From a virus (lineage: Duplodnaviria; Caudoviricetes): 34,311 nucleotides of DNA. Shown here in pieces: positions 8,506-17,490 of the stretch. The stretch covers positions 1 through 34,311 of the IMG/VR virus record IMGVR_UViG_3300027689_000041. The stretch is one strand, 5' to 3'. The notes beneath the pieces were generated by a model. That model worked only from the letters and a program-made list of their open reading frames with translations. It was not told where the DNA came from and did not search any database. The position numbers and the translations under genes were made by a program. Position 1 is the first letter of the stretch, and each line of letters begins with the position of its first letter.

Positions 8506-10634
8506 CAGAATGTGCCCCCTGTGACCCCGCCCGTAGCGGTTAAAACGCCCGTGGATGGATTAAATTTGAGTTTAGTGGATGATACCTTGATTGGCAAATT
8601 TCCTGTGGTTGTAGTCACCCAAGATAAATACATCTCTGCCGCTGTGCTGGTGTCATCAGTTATTGCCACATTCGTTGCGTTTGTTGCGGTTCCCGCTGTC
8701 GTTGCCGACCCCGCCGAACCATCAATGTTTACGCCCGTCAAAGATTGTGCGCTGCTTGATCGATTTAGCGCAATGGCAGTTGTGCCAACGTACAGGCTTG
8801 AATTACCCAATACACCGCTTGGAATCGTGCCCGACAACTGACCCGCTGGGAGACTTGTTAGGCTTGCCCCTGACCCGCTAAACGCTGTGGCAGTCAACAA
8901 TCCCGTGCTGGGGTTAAAGTTGTACTTTGTGGAACTTACCAGCGTGGTAACTAAATTGCCCGTGGTTTGGTCTGCAAACAAGGGATAACGCACCGCATTG
9001 GTGGTGGTGTCATCTGTGACCGTGGCATAGGCAACGGGGGTTGTCCATGTGGGGGCGCTTGCGCCATTAGAGGTTAAAACTTGCCCCGCTGAACCAGTTG
9101 CACCCGACACAGCCAAAGTGCTGCTGAAATCAATAGTGGTGAATTTGCCCGTTGATGCTGTGGTTGCACCAATCGACATATTGTTAATCGTGCCAAGGTT
9201 TGTTGGGGCAATCTCAATTGCGCCTGTACCCGTTGGCTTCATGTGAACATGACCCGTACCCGTTGGGCTAATGTCAATCTGTGCATTTGCACCATTGATA
9301 TTGGTAGAAACACTCAATGAAAGATTGTCACCACCACCAGCGCCCCAAGACAATTGACTTGTCCCGCCCGAATTACGCAAAGCCCCGCCAGCACTTGTTG
9401 CAGCCTCAAAAAATGGCCCGACAAACTTAGTCGTTGCGGTAATTGTTGTGCCTCTGACCGTGTTGGCAGTTGTCCCGCCAATCGCAGGGGGCGCAGACAA
9501 ATCTAATGTGCCGCCTAAAGTCAAATTCCCTGTGGTGGTTACTGTGCCACTAAGGGAAATACCTGAGACCGTGCCTGTACCGCCAACCGATGTAACCGTT
9601 CCCGTGGTAGGCGTTGCCCAAGATGGAATGCCACCAGCCAAGGTCAAAACTTGCCCATTAGACCCAGCCGCCAAAAATGCTGTTACATCTGTTGCTGATT
9701 GATATGGCACAGAACCAACCGCACCACCCGCAATGTTGGTGGCTTTGGTTGCCGTTGTAGCCGTGCCAGCGTTGCCCGATACCGACCCTGTGATGGTGTT
9801 GGTCACCGTCAAGTCGCCAAGCGTTCCCAAGCCAGTTATGCCCGAATAACTACCCGACAATCTGGCGCTGTCAATCGTGCCGCTGGTTATCTGTGATGCC
9901 GCAATAGCAATACTGGCGTTTGCCGCCAAGGTAATTTGGCCTTGAGCATTGACCGTGAAAGTCGCCACTTGGGAGGCCGATCCGTATGCCGCCGCAGTCA
10001 CCGCTGTGTTGGTGATACTGAATGTGTTTCCTGTCAGGGTCAGTCCTGTACCCGCCAAGTAAGACCCAGCCCCAGAAAACTGCGACCAAGTGATTGGGGT
10101 CACATCAATTGTGCCGCCTTGGTTTGAGGTACACACCCAGCCCGTATCAGCCAAGGTTGTGCCTGTTTCGATAAAGGTGAACGCTGATGGAACTTCTGCC
10201 CAAACATTCATGTCCGCAGATCGTGCCCAAGTGCCAGATGCCGCCACATAAATGCCGTTGAATTGGCTCAAAGTCTGATTTTTGACCAGAATCCTATCCC
10301 CAGCGGTCAGCGTGGCAACCCAATCACCCCCCGCTTGTACTGCCAAGCCTGACAGCGTGATGTTGTTGGTGGTCGAATACACACAGGATGCTTTTACATC
10401 CAAGCCCTGCGCCACCGAATCCACATAACCCTTGTTGGCAATGTCTGTGTCGCCTGTTGGGGTTGTGGTAATCGTGCCAGTTACCGTGCTGATGTTCGTG
10501 AATGAGGCGTTTTCTGGGCCGTAGAAAGGCGTTCCCGCTGGCCCAACAAAGTACTGAAGGGCAAAGGTAGGCTCGGGCGCAAAAACGCCCTGCACAGGGA
10601 CAAAATTAGTGGTCTGGGTGACCGCTGTGGTCAT
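8505..10634 (-). CDS. Long tail/head fibre protein
   Basis: 709 aa, T/G/S/A-rich; ANKGYVD..AQGLDVK, GDRILVKNQT..NGIY..W.R..D domain; GQVLT repeats; ends GGTF. Confidence 0.8.
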   Translation of the reverse strand: MTTAVTQTTNFVPVQGVFAPEPTFALQYFVGPAGTPFYGPENASFTNISTVTGTITTTPTGDTDIANKGYVDSVAQGLDVKASCVYSTTNNITLSGLAVQAGGDWVATLTAGDRILVKNQTLSQFNGIYVAASGTWARSADMNVWAEVPSAFTFIETGTTLADTGWVCTSNQGGTIDVTPITWSQFSGAGSYLAGTGLTLTGNTFSITNTAVTAAAYGSASQVATFTVNAQGQITLAANASIAIAASQITSGTIDSARLSGSYSGITGLGTLGDLTVTNTITGSVSGNAGTATTATKATNIAGGAVGSVPYQSATDVTAFLAAGSNGQVLTLAGGIPSWATPTTGTVTSVGGTGTVSGISLSGTVTTTGNLTLGGTLDLSAPPAIGGTTANTVRGTTITATTKFVGPFFEAATSAGGALRNSGGTSQLSWGAGGGDNLSLSVSTNINGANAQIDISPTGTGHVHMKPTGTGAIEIAPTNLGTINNMSIGATTASTGKFTTIDFSSTLAVSGATGSAGQVLTSNGASAPTWTTPVAYATVTDDTTTNAVRYPLFADQTTGNLVTTLVSSTKYNFNPSTGLLTATAFSGSGASLTSLPAGQLSGTIPSGVLGNSSLYVGTTAIALNRSSSAQSLTGVNIDGSAGSATTAGTATNATNVAITDDTSTAAEMYLSWVTTTTGNLPIKVSSTKLKFNPSTGVLTATGGVTGGTF

Positions 10635-10637
10635 GGC

Positions 10638-10901
10638 TTACTCGAAATAAACCGTGATGCTTGCAGTTCCAGAAATCACGACATACAACCCGTTTTCACA
10701 GTTGATGCCATCATAAAAATTGATGTTTGTTGCCGCTGTCATGGTGAATGTGTCAATGATTTTCACATCTGTGCCAGGGGTCTGGGCATCGTACACAGTC
10801 ACGGTGGGGGTGCTGGATATGGTGCTAACAAAAATGCCTTTTAGTTTTCCAGGTTGATTTTTCACCATTGCGGTGGCAGAAATCTGTGCGTAATTGGACA
10901 T
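10638..10901 (-). CDS. Small virion protein (possible capsid/fibre connector)
   Basis: 87-aa all-beta-like ORF between the capsid and fibre genes. Confidence 0.55.
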   Translation of the reverse strand: MSNYAQISATAMVKNQPGKLKGIFVSTISSTPTVTVYDAQTPGTDVKIIDTFTMTAATNINFYDGINCENGLYVVISGTASITVYFE

Positions 10902-10936
10902 GGCTTGGCCTTTCAGTTCATCAAATTATATGCTTC

Positions 10937-10975
10937 AAAAGAGAAAAAGCCACCCCTTTTGAGGGCGGCTCTTTC
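10937..10975 (-). terminator. Rho-independent terminator after the coat and decoration genes
   Basis: Minus strand AGCCGCCCTC-AAAA-GGGGTGGCT followed by TTTTCTCTTTT. Confidence 0.85.
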
Positions 10976-10992
10976 ACTTAGTTCATGCCGTT

Positions 10993-11415
10993 TTAAGGCA
11001 GGAACGTCAGGTCGTAACCGTAGATGAATACATCAGCGGTTGCGGCAGCGCCTTGGGCGGTGGTGCAACGAATATACAGGGGTGTGCCCGTAATCGATGC
11101 GGTTGAGGTTGCGGCGGTCACAACAACTGCGGTGGTTGAGTTATTACCCGACAACGCATATGCTGATTTCACTGCTGTACCAGTAGCGCTTGGGCCTGTG
11201 TACACGGCAAGTTGTGCCGTGGTCAAACTGATGCTTGCGTTTGCAACAATGATGCTTTGAACGCTGACGTTACCAGCCACCAAAATGGGGGCGATAGTGT
11301 CAGCAACAGCATTGAGGTTAACGCCTTGGGCAGAGGCAATCAAGCGCAATGCCTGATTGGTTGCCAAGTTACTGGGGTGGTTGGTGGTGGTGCTTGCTGC
11401 GCCTGGATTAGACAT
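10993..11415 (-). CDS. Probable capsid decoration/cement protein
   Basis: A/T-rich 140 aa directly after coat and before the terminator. Start placed at ATG 11415 (MSNPG) behind GAAAGGA rather than the track start 11484. Confidence 0.65.
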   Translation of the reverse strand: MSNPGAASTTTNHPSNLATNQALRLIASAQGVNLNAVADTIAPILVAGNVSVQSIIVANASISLTTAQLAVYTGPSATGTAVKSAYALSGNNSTTAVVVTAATSTASITGTPLYIRCTTAQGAAATADVFIYGYDLTFLP

Positions 11416-11438
11416 GATTAAAGTCCTTTCAATGTTGA

Positions 11439-12677
11439 TTAAGCTGCAACTCGGCAAGCGAGTTCGGGATACAGGGGAGCCCAACCATACAACACATCCA
11501 CACGGGTGGGGATAGAGTCGTTATTGATGGTGTACTGACGAACCACACGCATTGACAAGCCCAGTTCCTTATCGCTTGCGCGACCAGCGAACACAACGCC
11601 ATCAGGCAGTTCCAAGTCAGCCGTAGCCAAGGTGAATGCGTTTTTGTGCATCACGATGTTTTGGGGCGACACAGTACCTGTGTTGTTGAACGGGGTCACA
11701 ACTGCGGTTGCGCTGGTGGTGGTAATGGTGACGTTCTGGAACTGACCACCAGTGATGATGGCAGGGGAAACGGTCACGGCAGTACCGCCGCCAGTAGCCA
11801 CAGCGGTGGTCGAGGTCACCACAAAGCTACGCAACTTGCCCGAACCGTATGCAGAACGGTTTTGGGGGTTGACAGCAAACACGCCAGCGATCTGGATGGT
11901 ATCGCCTTGGTTCAAGGTCAAAGCAGAAGATGCCACCAAGGTGACGCTGCTGGTTTGTGCCCAACCTGTGCTGATGCCGATGCTGGTGGTGTTGGTGGAA
12001 AGGGTCAAACCAGTGTAAGAACCAAAGGTTTGGTTCACAACGTTTTGGTCCATCTTCCAATTCATACCAGCAGAGTCACGGCCCATCATGCCTTTTTGGT
12101 ATTGCTTGCCAATCACATCGGATGGGACAAACAAACCCTTCAAGCTGTCCACAATGGTTGCGCCCGTGAAAGGCTCAACAATGCAAGAACGGCGACCATC
12201 ACGGGGTGCGCCCTCGCTGTCCAAATACGCACCAGCGGTCAAGTAGGTGAGCAAGGAGGTGGGAGGCGTTCCAGCCGTACCAACGATGTTGGCGGTGTTG
12301 TTCTTTGCCATCGTCAGACCGTCAAAGTCGATCTTGTTGGCAACAGCAGCCACAGCGGGTTTCAGCACTCGGTCAGAGAACATATCCAATGACAAGGCCA
12401 AATCTTGCGTGGTGAACTGGGTATCAACGTGAAACTGCGTGGTCAAAGTGACAGGCACAGAAGTCTCGTTGAAATCCTCAACGTTCAATGCTGGGCCAGT
12501 AGTTCCAATGAAACGACCAGGACGGCGAACGTTAAGGGTATTACCGATCTTTGCGCCGCTAACGGCAAATTGATCGTCATAGTTGCGGTCAACTTCGCTG
12601 GAGAAGGTCAACTCGTTTTCCAAGACCATCAACGCTTCGTTGGTGATCATGGAGATGGTAAGCAGATTGTTGCTCAT
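11439..12677 (-). CDS. Major capsid protein, P22 gp5 family
   Basis: 412 aa; KIGNTLNVRRP, FHVD.QF, HKNAFTLA..DL and terminal RVDVLYGW...PELA motifs. Confidence 0.93.
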   Translation of the reverse strand: MSNNLLTISMITNEALMVLENELTFSSEVDRNYDDQFAVSGAKIGNTLNVRRPGRFIGTTGPALNVEDFNETSVPVTLTTQFHVDTQFTTQDLALSLDMFSDRVLKPAVAAVANKIDFDGLTMAKNNTANIVGTAGTPPTSLLTYLTAGAYLDSEGAPRDGRRSCIVEPFTGATIVDSLKGLFVPSDVIGKQYQKGMMGRDSAGMNWKMDQNVVNQTFGSYTGLTLSTNTTSIGISTGWAQTSSVTLVASSALTLNQGDTIQIAGVFAVNPQNRSAYGSGKLRSFVVTSTTAVATGGGTAVTVSPAIITGGQFQNVTITTTSATAVVTPFNNTGTVSPQNIVMHKNAFTLATADLELPDGVVFAGRASDKELGLSMRVVRQYTINNDSIPTRVDVLYGWAPLYPELACRVAA

Positions 12678-12702
12678 TTCATTTCCTTAAAAAAAGATGG
12701 AT

Positions 12703-13617
12703 TTAGCGGATTCGCCCTGCCATTCGTGCGGCTTTGTAGGCTTGATATGACCCCTCAAATTTACCATCGCTGGTAAGGGGCACATCTCTGCCGTTTGCCG
12801 CCGATCTGATTGGGTTAATCGGCGCTGGCGCTTTACTTTTCCCAACAACAGTCTTAGATGTTGGCTCAGTCTTTTCAAACTGCGCCTCTAGCTTTCCAAT
12901 GCTTCTTAAAGCCGATGCCACCGTCATGCCAGAAAGTTTCTCTGCAAACTCGGGATTCTCGGCAAGGTGATACAGAATTCTCGGCCCTACATCTGATTCA
13001 AAGATTGCGTCCCGCACTTCGTTGCTCACAACAACGTCAGCAGAACCAACCATATCGTCAAAATCAGGCATTTCAGATTTGGCAGCTTTAACACGATCAG
13101 TCCAGGCGTTTATCACCTTTTCCCGTTCGGCTTGCTGTTTAGCCTGTGCTTCCTTCTGCTTTTCCTCGCCCATCCTTTGTTCAACCCGATAGTCTGTCAA
13201 CGCCTTAGCATATTCATACATATCGGAGAAATTCTCTGGCTTGGGTTCACCAGTTGGTTGGGTTTCTGCTTGCGGCTTTGCCCGTCCTTCCAGTTCCCTA
13301 ACTTTGGCCTCCAAAGATTCCCGCGCTTCCCGTTCCCGCTTGGCTTCTTGCCTTGCTTCTTCGCGTTGCTTGGTTATCTTTTCAAACCTCAATTCCAGCT
13401 TTGGATTGCGTTTTCTTTCCTCTGTCGCTGTCGCTTCATCTTCTCCAAGCGGTTCACTCTGGCTTTGCGTTTCTGTCGGCTCTGCGGGAGGTGTCTCAAC
13501 CGCAGCCTCGACAGGCGCTCTATCAGCTAAACCCATCTTCTTGGCGTTGAACTCAGCTAAATTCTCACTTGTCACCACGTTAGCGGCAACTTTTGGTGCT
13601 TCTTGCACTTCAGACAT
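12703..13617 (-). CDS. Scaffolding protein
   Basis: Between portal and coat; E/K/A-rich coiled coil, PKPENF..Y, GPRILYHLA.NP, KAPAPI.PI, basic C-terminal helix. Confidence 0.85.
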   Translation of the reverse strand: MSEVQEAPKVAANVVTSENLAEFNAKKMGLADRAPVEAAVETPPAEPTETQSQSEPLGEDEATATEERKRNPKLELRFEKITKQREEARQEAKREREARESLEAKVRELEGRAKPQAETQPTGEPKPENFSDMYEYAKALTDYRVEQRMGEEKQKEAQAKQQAEREKVINAWTDRVKAAKSEMPDFDDMVGSADVVVSNEVRDAIFESDVGPRILYHLAENPEFAEKLSGMTVASALRSIGKLEAQFEKTEPTSKTVVGKSKAPAPINPIRSAANGRDVPLTSDGKFEGSYQAYKAARMAGRIR

Positions 13618-13667
13618 GGATTACTCCAAGGATTTACCCAGTTGACCCAACTGGTAAGGTTTGGGCG

Positions 13668-13695
13668 ATATTACCCGAAATCATGTCAATGTCAA
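13668..13695 (-). promoter_or_regulatory. Sigma70-like promoter upstream of scaffold/coat
   Basis: TTGACA(13695-13690)-N16-TAATAT(13673-13668), followed by CGCCCAAA. Confidence 0.55.
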
Positions 13696-15822
13696 TTACT
13701 GCGGCATTTGTTGAATAAAGGGATTGGGTTGGTGGCTAATATCCTGGGCGGCAATATTGGCATATTGGAACTGCTCGGCATTCAATCGCTCAATCTCGCC
13801 CATCAATTGGTCAGGTGACATTCTTGCCAGCAGGATTTTGACCAGGGCATCAATTTCGGTCTTGTTTTGGCTGGTAATGCTGCGGGTGTTTTGGTCATTA
13901 ACCCGAACCTCTGCCATTGTTTCGGTGTTGTGCGCCCGTGCGGTCACATCCATCAGCTTGCGCTTGGTTGCGCCATCTTCTTTGATCTGGGCCACTTGCG
14001 CCCTGTTGTTGATTTCCAATCCAGCCGCTTGCAATTGCTGTTGCAACTGTTGAATCATTTGCTCAGATTGCGCCAAACGCATTTGGGCCTCGGGCGGTAT
14101 GTCGGATTTTTCATCAATGTTTGCCATCGGGTTCATGGCGGCAAGGCGGTCAGCAATTACATCAGCGCCAGGGAAATCCATGTTTCTGAATACCAAATCC
14201 CCCGCAATATTAAACAATTCCTGATTGCCCGTCAGCAAAGGCATCATGGATTCAACCGCTTGCTGGCGTTTGGTCTGGAATCCTGGGCCTGTGTCCATCA
14301 CCACATCGTATTCGCCCACGGTCACATCGTTCAAAACCTCGCCAATCTCGTTTTGCTCGTTGATCGTGGTCATGTCGGGCTGACCATCCGAACCAATAAT
14401 CCGCATCACCCGCTGGGTGTCGTAAATTTTGGGAATTAGGTCAAGAATAATGCGCCCAGTTTGAGCAATGGAACGGGTCAAATTGTCGTAAAAGTGGAAG
14501 TTAGACAGATCAACCTGATTTTGCTGGCCTTGCAATGCCTTGCCTGAGATATTCCCGCTTGGCAATTGGCTTGGGTCCATGATGCCCAGCACCATTTGCA
14601 AATCAGCAGAAATTGCCCCTGCCGCTTCCATAATCCCTGCGGGTGGCGGCTCGGGTTGCAGTCTCACAGGTGCTGGCGCTGGTACACCTTCAATGTCTTT
14701 TTGCTTATATCTCAGCACAGGCATTGACTTAATGTTAGCCATTGCCCATTCGTTTTCATGGCCCTCGTCTTGGCCCTCTGCAAGCAACCATTTGGCCTTG
14801 GGTGCAAGCGCAACCGATTCGGTCATGCTGGTGCGCCAGAAGTTGTACATGCGCTGGGGGTCTTTGGCAAACCGAACTAAACCGTATTTCTTGCGCTTGT
14901 CATCCACAATTACCTGTGCGCCATAGCAAGGCACAACGGGGATATATTTCCCCGCCCAGGTCTTTTCCTCTAGCACTTCCATTGCGGTCATCTTGACCCA
15001 TTTAACGGCCTTGCGGAATGAGTCCCGTTCATCAACCACAGTCAACCCTGCGGCCTCAACCCGTTGGAAGAAGTTGGCGCTGTCCCCAAAAGACGTTGTG
15101 CCGTCACTCAACAAATACAGCTTGGCACGTTCACGCTCAATGTAAAAATACTCAGCAATGCGAATGTCCTCTTTGGTCACCCAGGCAGAGGTGTCATCCC
15201 CTGTGCTGCGTTGCTGAAAGTTAGCCCCATCGTTTGCACCTGGGTACATTTCCCGAAATATCTTTTTGTCCAGCACAGTGGTGATCAGGCATCGCTCGGC
15301 ATCCGAACCATCTGGCCTTACGCTATTGGGGTCAAAGTAAACGGTAAATGGGTTTTCAACGGCATCAATGTAGATTTCTTGATCGAATGAATCTTCCCGC
15401 ACATACTTGTAATTGATGCGCCAGTAGCCCCAGCCCATCCTGACAGCGTAATCAAATGCGGTGTCGTAAGCTGAGTCGGCGCTGGAATTGACCTCGATGT
15501 GACGGGTGATGCCCTCAATGACCTGGGCAATCTTGTAGTCGGCAAGATTGTTGACGGGGTGAACCTTGATGCGTGGGCGTTGCTGGCGTTGCTGGTTGGT
15601 CACCTGTCGGATATAGGCATCAATCTTGTTGATGGTTAGACAAGGGCGGCTTTCCAGATTGCGGCTATTCTGAATCTCAACGGGCCATTGATCGCCAGCG
15701 GCAAACTTAATGTCGTTTAGCGCCTCGGCTCGGTTTGTAGAGTCCGAATCATTGACCAAGCGCCAGAACTTGATCGCTTCGTTAATCTTGGCGTTTACGC
15801 CGTCTGAATCTTGGTAAGCCAT
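13696..15822 (-). CDS. Portal protein, P22 gp1-like
   Basis: 708 aa; F..GDQW, RPCLTINKI, GLVRFAKDPQRMYN, SGKAL, GEYDVVMDTGP..TKRQ; Q-rich C-terminal barrel. Confidence 0.95.
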   Translation of the reverse strand: MAYQDSDGVNAKINEAIKFWRLVNDSDSTNRAEALNDIKFAAGDQWPVEIQNSRNLESRPCLTINKIDAYIRQVTNQQRQQRPRIKVHPVNNLADYKIAQVIEGITRHIEVNSSADSAYDTAFDYAVRMGWGYWRINYKYVREDSFDQEIYIDAVENPFTVYFDPNSVRPDGSDAERCLITTVLDKKIFREMYPGANDGANFQQRSTGDDTSAWVTKEDIRIAEYFYIERERAKLYLLSDGTTSFGDSANFFQRVEAAGLTVVDERDSFRKAVKWVKMTAMEVLEEKTWAGKYIPVVPCYGAQVIVDDKRKKYGLVRFAKDPQRMYNFWRTSMTESVALAPKAKWLLAEGQDEGHENEWAMANIKSMPVLRYKQKDIEGVPAPAPVRLQPEPPPAGIMEAAGAISADLQMVLGIMDPSQLPSGNISGKALQGQQNQVDLSNFHFYDNLTRSIAQTGRIILDLIPKIYDTQRVMRIIGSDGQPDMTTINEQNEIGEVLNDVTVGEYDVVMDTGPGFQTKRQQAVESMMPLLTGNQELFNIAGDLVFRNMDFPGADVIADRLAAMNPMANIDEKSDIPPEAQMRLAQSEQMIQQLQQQLQAAGLEINNRAQVAQIKEDGATKRKLMDVTARAHNTETMAEVRVNDQNTRSITSQNKTEIDALVKILLARMSPDQLMGEIERLNAEQFQYANIAAQDISHQPNPFIQQMPQ

Positions 15823-15839
15823 ATGAACCCCTTTGGGCG

Positions 15840-15868
15840 ATTATCCTATCGAATTTAAGGGCGGTCTA
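15840..15868 (-). promoter_or_regulatory. Candidate promoter upstream of portal
   Basis: TAGACC-N17-GATAAT followed by CGCCCAAA, the same 8-mer as at the scaffold promoter. Confidence 0.45.
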
Positions 15869-17137
15869 GCCCATCCAACTTCCCGCTGTGGCAATCATTT
15901 GCTTCTTGCGTTTGGTGGGTTCTTTGATCATAAGCCCAATGTATCGAAACGCATCTGCCCCGTGGGAATAATGGTCGTGCAATGGGTTGCGGCTAAATTG
16001 CCCCGTGTCTGGGTCAACCTCATACCTGTAATGTCTCAGGCAAGCTAGGCCATCAGCGGTATGTTCGCGGTCAAAGTAACAGTTCGGGAATATTGTCCTG
16101 GCGGCGTTGATAGAGTCCAGAATCGGCACTCTAGGCAGGATGTTGGTCTTATACCCTGCCGCCCTCACAATGTCATCAATTGACCGCCCCGCCGCTGCCA
16201 AGGTCTTATTCTCAGCGTCATGGGGTAACCAAACGGTATCGTAGACATAACCATATGTCTGCATGGTCGCCAAGTAATAGCTGATGGTTTTCTGGGCATC
16301 CTCAATGTATCGGATTAGCCTTGTTTCCATGCCCACAAACTGTAAGAACCAGATGGCGGTGCTATCTGACCAACCCAGATCAAACACCGCATGGACGGGC
16401 TTCGTGGCGTCATAGGGCACTTTAGTGATGCGCCCATCCTTCTCGGCCTGTTGCATTTCCTTCGCAAAGATTGCCCCATCCACAGTTTGGCGGCATAGTC
16501 CTTCCCAGACTTGGTTGTAAGCCTCCTCGTCCCGTGCCTTGAGTGAGTCTTTTTCTAGGCGTAGGGTTTCGGGAAACCACGGGTTGTCACTCCAGTTAAC
16601 CCGCATAGTGATGCAATCCTCTGGAGGGTTTGCCACAAACCGCTGGTAGGTCTCGTCTGTTTCCAACTCAGGATTGAATGAAATCCATATCTCGCTACCC
16701 TCGGCACGAATGGTAGGAATCAGCACATTCCAAGACAGGCGGCTGACCGTTTGCGCTTCCTCTACCCAGCAGATTGAAACACCTTCATAGCTTTTTACGT
16801 TGGCAATATTGTTTTTAAGACCAATAAAGCTAAATTCTGTGCCGTTCTTGCCCCGAATGCTGGCCTGGGTTATGTCGTAAAAGCCCAGCAACCCAAGGCT
16901 TTCAATCTGGTCGCACAACAGCTTATGCACCGAATCCCGCATGGAGGTCATAAACTCACGGGCGCACAAAATACGCAATGGGCTTTTGGCCCCCAAGATT
17001 AACAGCGCCCTGGCGATGCCCCAAGATTTAGCGCCGCCCCTACCGCCGTAAGCTACCTTGTAGCGGCTTTTTCTAAACAGTCCTTCCAGCTTTACAGGGA
17101 ATTCTGCCCTTGCAATAGCGTCTTGGACTTCACTCAT
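15866..17137 (-). CDS. terL: Terminase large subunit (PBSX/Terminase_3-type)
   Basis: Walker A GGRGGAKS, Walker B ICWVEEA, SFNP, nuclease DLGWSD and SHGADAFRY. Confidence 0.95.
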   Translation of the reverse strand: MSEVQDAIARAEFPVKLEGLFRKSRYKVAYGGRGGAKSWGIARALLILGAKSPLRILCAREFMTSMRDSVHKLLCDQIESLGLLGFYDITQASIRGKNGTEFSFIGLKNNIANVKSYEGVSICWVEEAQTVSRLSWNVLIPTIRAEGSEIWISFNPELETDETYQRFVANPPEDCITMRVNWSDNPWFPETLRLEKDSLKARDEEAYNQVWEGLCRQTVDGAIFAKEMQQAEKDGRITKVPYDATKPVHAVFDLGWSDSTAIWFLQFVGMETRLIRYIEDAQKTISYYLATMQTYGYVYDTVWLPHDAENKTLAAAGRSIDDIVRAAGYKTNILPRVPILDSINAARTIFPNCYFDREHTADGLACLRHYRYEVDPDTGQFSRNPLHDHYSHGADAFRYIGLMIKEPTKRKKQMIATAGSWMG

Positions 17138-17468
17138 TTGGCTTCACAAAGGTTACCTGGATGCCCTGTAATGGCTCACCATCTGCGCCTGTGACCTCGG
17201 CCTTGACGGTTTCAGACCATTTCATTTGCGTTTTTGTCCACCAAATCAGGCTGGTCGTGTCCCCAGATGTGGCCTTTTGAAACAGCGTCTTGGCAATCTG
17301 CCCGTTAGCTTTCGCCTTTCCCATGTCCAATTCGTGCCTGTAATACTTGCGGAGGGTCTTGTCATCTATGCCGACCAGCACGGCAATGGATTCATGCGGC
17401 AAGCCTAACCCGCTGCTGGATTCAACCAGTCTTTGGGTTTCGGGCGTTGGTTCGTGCGCGTCAGACAT
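17130..17468 (-). CDS. terS: Terminase small subunit
   Basis: HTH IAVLVGIDDKTLRKYY; C-terminal EVTGADG.PL; overlaps the terL start. Confidence 0.8.
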   Translation of the reverse strand: MSDAHEPTPETQRLVESSSGLGLPHESIAVLVGIDDKTLRKYYRHELDMGKAKANGQIAKTLFQKATSGDTTSLIWWTKTQMKWSETVKAEVTGADGEPLQGIQVTFVKPNE

Positions 17469-17490
17469 TTTATAGAGGGGAAGTGTTACA

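Noticed and set aside
11416-11484. Possible -1 frameshift fusing coat to the downstream decoration protein (that frame is open across the coat stop)
   Set aside because: No canonical X XXY YYZ slippery site, and the downstream gene has its own RBS and ATG at 11415
11646-12392. Long plus-strand ORFs opposite coat, portal and ejection genes (also 13867..14439, 32509..33350)
   Set aside because: Shadow ORFs expected from codon bias on the coding strand; no RBS or motifs
989-17137. Stop-codon reassignment, introns or inteins in the structural genes
   Set aside because: Genes are full length in the standard code with tight coupling; terminase and portal show no intein-sized insertions
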